A stretch of 64,000 nucleotides of DNA from Camelus dromedarius (taxonomy: Eukaryota): the NCBI RefSeq assembly GCF_036321535.1, contig NC_087464.1, positions 16,616,001-16,680,000 on the forward strand, read 5' to 3'. The position numbers and the translations under genes were made by a program. This document shows positions 62,225 to 64,000 of the stretch, piece after piece. Numbering within the stretch: position 1 is the first letter of the stretch; every line of letters starts with the position of its first letter. The notes under the pieces were generated by a model. That model did not search any database, had not been told where the DNA came from, and worked only from the letters and a program-made list of their open reading frames with translations.

Positions 62225-63339
62225 GCCTCTACTCTCAATATAGTATGTTTAATTCTGGACATGTACTTCCATTTTGATTAAAGCAGAGGGGACTTTACGT
62301 AGGGGCTTTGTCTGCTCCGTGGCCTGGACTCGGTATTAGCTCTGGGCCTGGTCTGGTTCTTCCTTGAAACTTTCCCTGTACTGGACTTTCCTCAACCATA
62401 CAATGAGGGGGATGGATTAGGTAGATGATCAGCAAGCACCCTTCCAATTCTAAAATTCTGTGATTCATTAAACTTTAGAAAAAAAATGAGTTTGTTATTT
62501 TAACTTGAGGAGGTACTTGAATTTTAAGCCTTTTGTTTCTTACTGCAGAATGAAAGATTGTGTCCCCCGTTAGAGCAGTTTCAGGCATTGGCAGACTGTG
62601 GTCCTATAAAGATCACGAGTGCCCTCCTAAGTGCTGATTCTAGTGAACTCTAACCACATCTGTTAGTGGTTTCTTTTCCATCCTCTTTGAACTTGATCTC
62701 ACTGATGAGCACCCTTTCCTTCCTGAAATTCTTGTATTCAGCTTCTGTGACATGCTTTTTTGTCCTCCTGCAGTCTTCTGGGCTGCAGTTCCATCTCCTT
62801 TGATTCCTCTGGGCATCCCCCTTGGTTGACGTCTCCTCTCGCTGTCCTTAGTTGTTATCCTGTTAACCTGTATATCTCAAACTTTTGTCTCACTGTTGAG
62901 CTTTACACCATTATTTCCAACCTGATCGTTCCACAGGCACTTCAAACTCAACACGTCTAAGATAAACTCTCAAACTGAACCTCTTGTCCCCACTTGGAAT
63001 CCCTAAATCTGCTCTTCTTTCTGTATTTCCTTAATCGACATTCTTATCATCTACTCGGGTTTTCTTTGTGCAGGAAATTATATCCCTGACTTCACATTTT
63101 TTATTTTTAGCCCCTACGTTCAGCTGGTCCCCCTACCTATTATTTCTAAATGCTTCTAGTTCATCTTCTTTTCACCATCCCCATGGCAGAGGTACTTGTT
63201 TTTGGCTTGGCTTTTGCAAAACTGTCCCTCCCGGTTGCTCTGCCTCCTATCTGTTCTCCTGTTCACTTTTGATAAGTGCTGCCACTTGTCAAAAGAAAGA
63301 TCCTAACCTGTGTTGTTGGATCATCAAAAGTATTCTTTC

Positions 63340-63459
63340 TGAGGGGAGGGTAATAGCTCAGGAGAGCTATGCTTAGCATAGCTAAGAGCATGTGCTTAGC
63401 ATGCATGAGGTCCTAGGTTCTATCCCCAGTACCTCCTCAAAAAAAAAAAATGGGGGGAA
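63340..63459 (+). mobile_element. tRNA-Ala-derived SINE with internal duplication
   Basis: 14-bp TSD aaaagtattctttc at 63326-63339 and 63460-63473. Confidence 0.9.
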
Positions 63460-64000
63460 AAAAGTATTCTTTCCATAGAAGAATGATAATGCTATATGAG
63501 TACAAATTCCAAGGAAAATGCATACCTCAAGCGTCTAGCTAGAATCTTAACAGTGCTACTTACATCAGGCTAGTGTGCAAGATCAAAGACACTGCTGCTG
63601 ACAGAGCTGTTAATTTGCAGAAAGAATATGTGGCAGTTAGAAGATTCTATGGCCAAGTGAATAAACAGTCACAGTGCATTGCACTTACATTCTAGAACAA
63701 TGCTGTTCAATAGAAATACGACCCCTTTTTATACACACATTAAACAGTGTTGTATGTGCTGAGTATGTGCTCTGAATTGATATCTTCCAACGGTTCTGTG
63801 ACTTTGTTAGCTTCAGAACTACAGTGTAAAGGACATGATAGCAAAATTGGTCTTATCTCTGGATACTTACAACGCTGGCTGTGGGAACCTATCTGAAGAT
63901 CACAAGTTTTTGAAGTTTTCTGGAAAACTCTCAAGTTAATCAACAAAGAATGCAAGTAAATTTTAAAAGTGGTGCCTGTAGGCCACACATTACATGGTAT

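Noticed and set aside
9534-63459. Seven tRNA-Ala(AGC)-like sequences as genuine tRNA genes
   Set aside because: CpGs are decayed, stems are mismatched, and they have A-rich tails and target-site duplications, so they are SINE copies
62300-64000. Start of PRC1, expected downstream by synteny
   Set aside because: No CpG island or PRC1 coding sequence is seen before the window ends
1-64000. CRISPR arrays, rRNA, snoRNA, NUMT or viral ORFs
   Set aside because: None recognisable; the repeats present are microsatellites and mammalian transposable elements

Overview
Mammalian genomic DNA, probably a camelid, because it carries seven copies of a tRNA-Ala(AGC)-derived SINE of the vic-1 type. There is one 134-N assembly gap. 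The window holds six protein-coding genes whose exons I reconstructed by hand with consistent splice phases: SEMA4B (+, coding exons 2-14; exon 1 lies upstream of the window), CIB1 (-, 7 exons, 191 aa), GDPGP1 (+, single coding exon, 385 aa), TTLL13 (+, 14 coding exons, 814 aa, frame intact), NGRN (+, 3 exons, 295 aa) and VPS33B (+, 23 exons, 617 aa). The order matches the mouse-type arrangement rather than the human one. I found no prokaryotic, CRISPR or viral system. The best observation the ORF track misses is a decayed, unprocessed fragment of HDDC3/MESH1 (exons 2-3, catalytic HD histidine replaced by a stop) between NGRN and VPS33B. Other leads: a GDPGP1 upstream exon that gives either an in-frame N-terminal extension or a uORF, depending on a MIR-associated cassette exon; a TAG 13 codons before the apparent ancestral TTLL13 stop; possible TTLL13 truncated and TTLL13-NGRN read-through isoforms; RFX X-boxes at TTLL13; and a perfect 27-bp hairpin in a Tigger MITE. 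All comparisons to human or mouse proteins and to repeat consensus sequences are from memory and need alignment to confirm.
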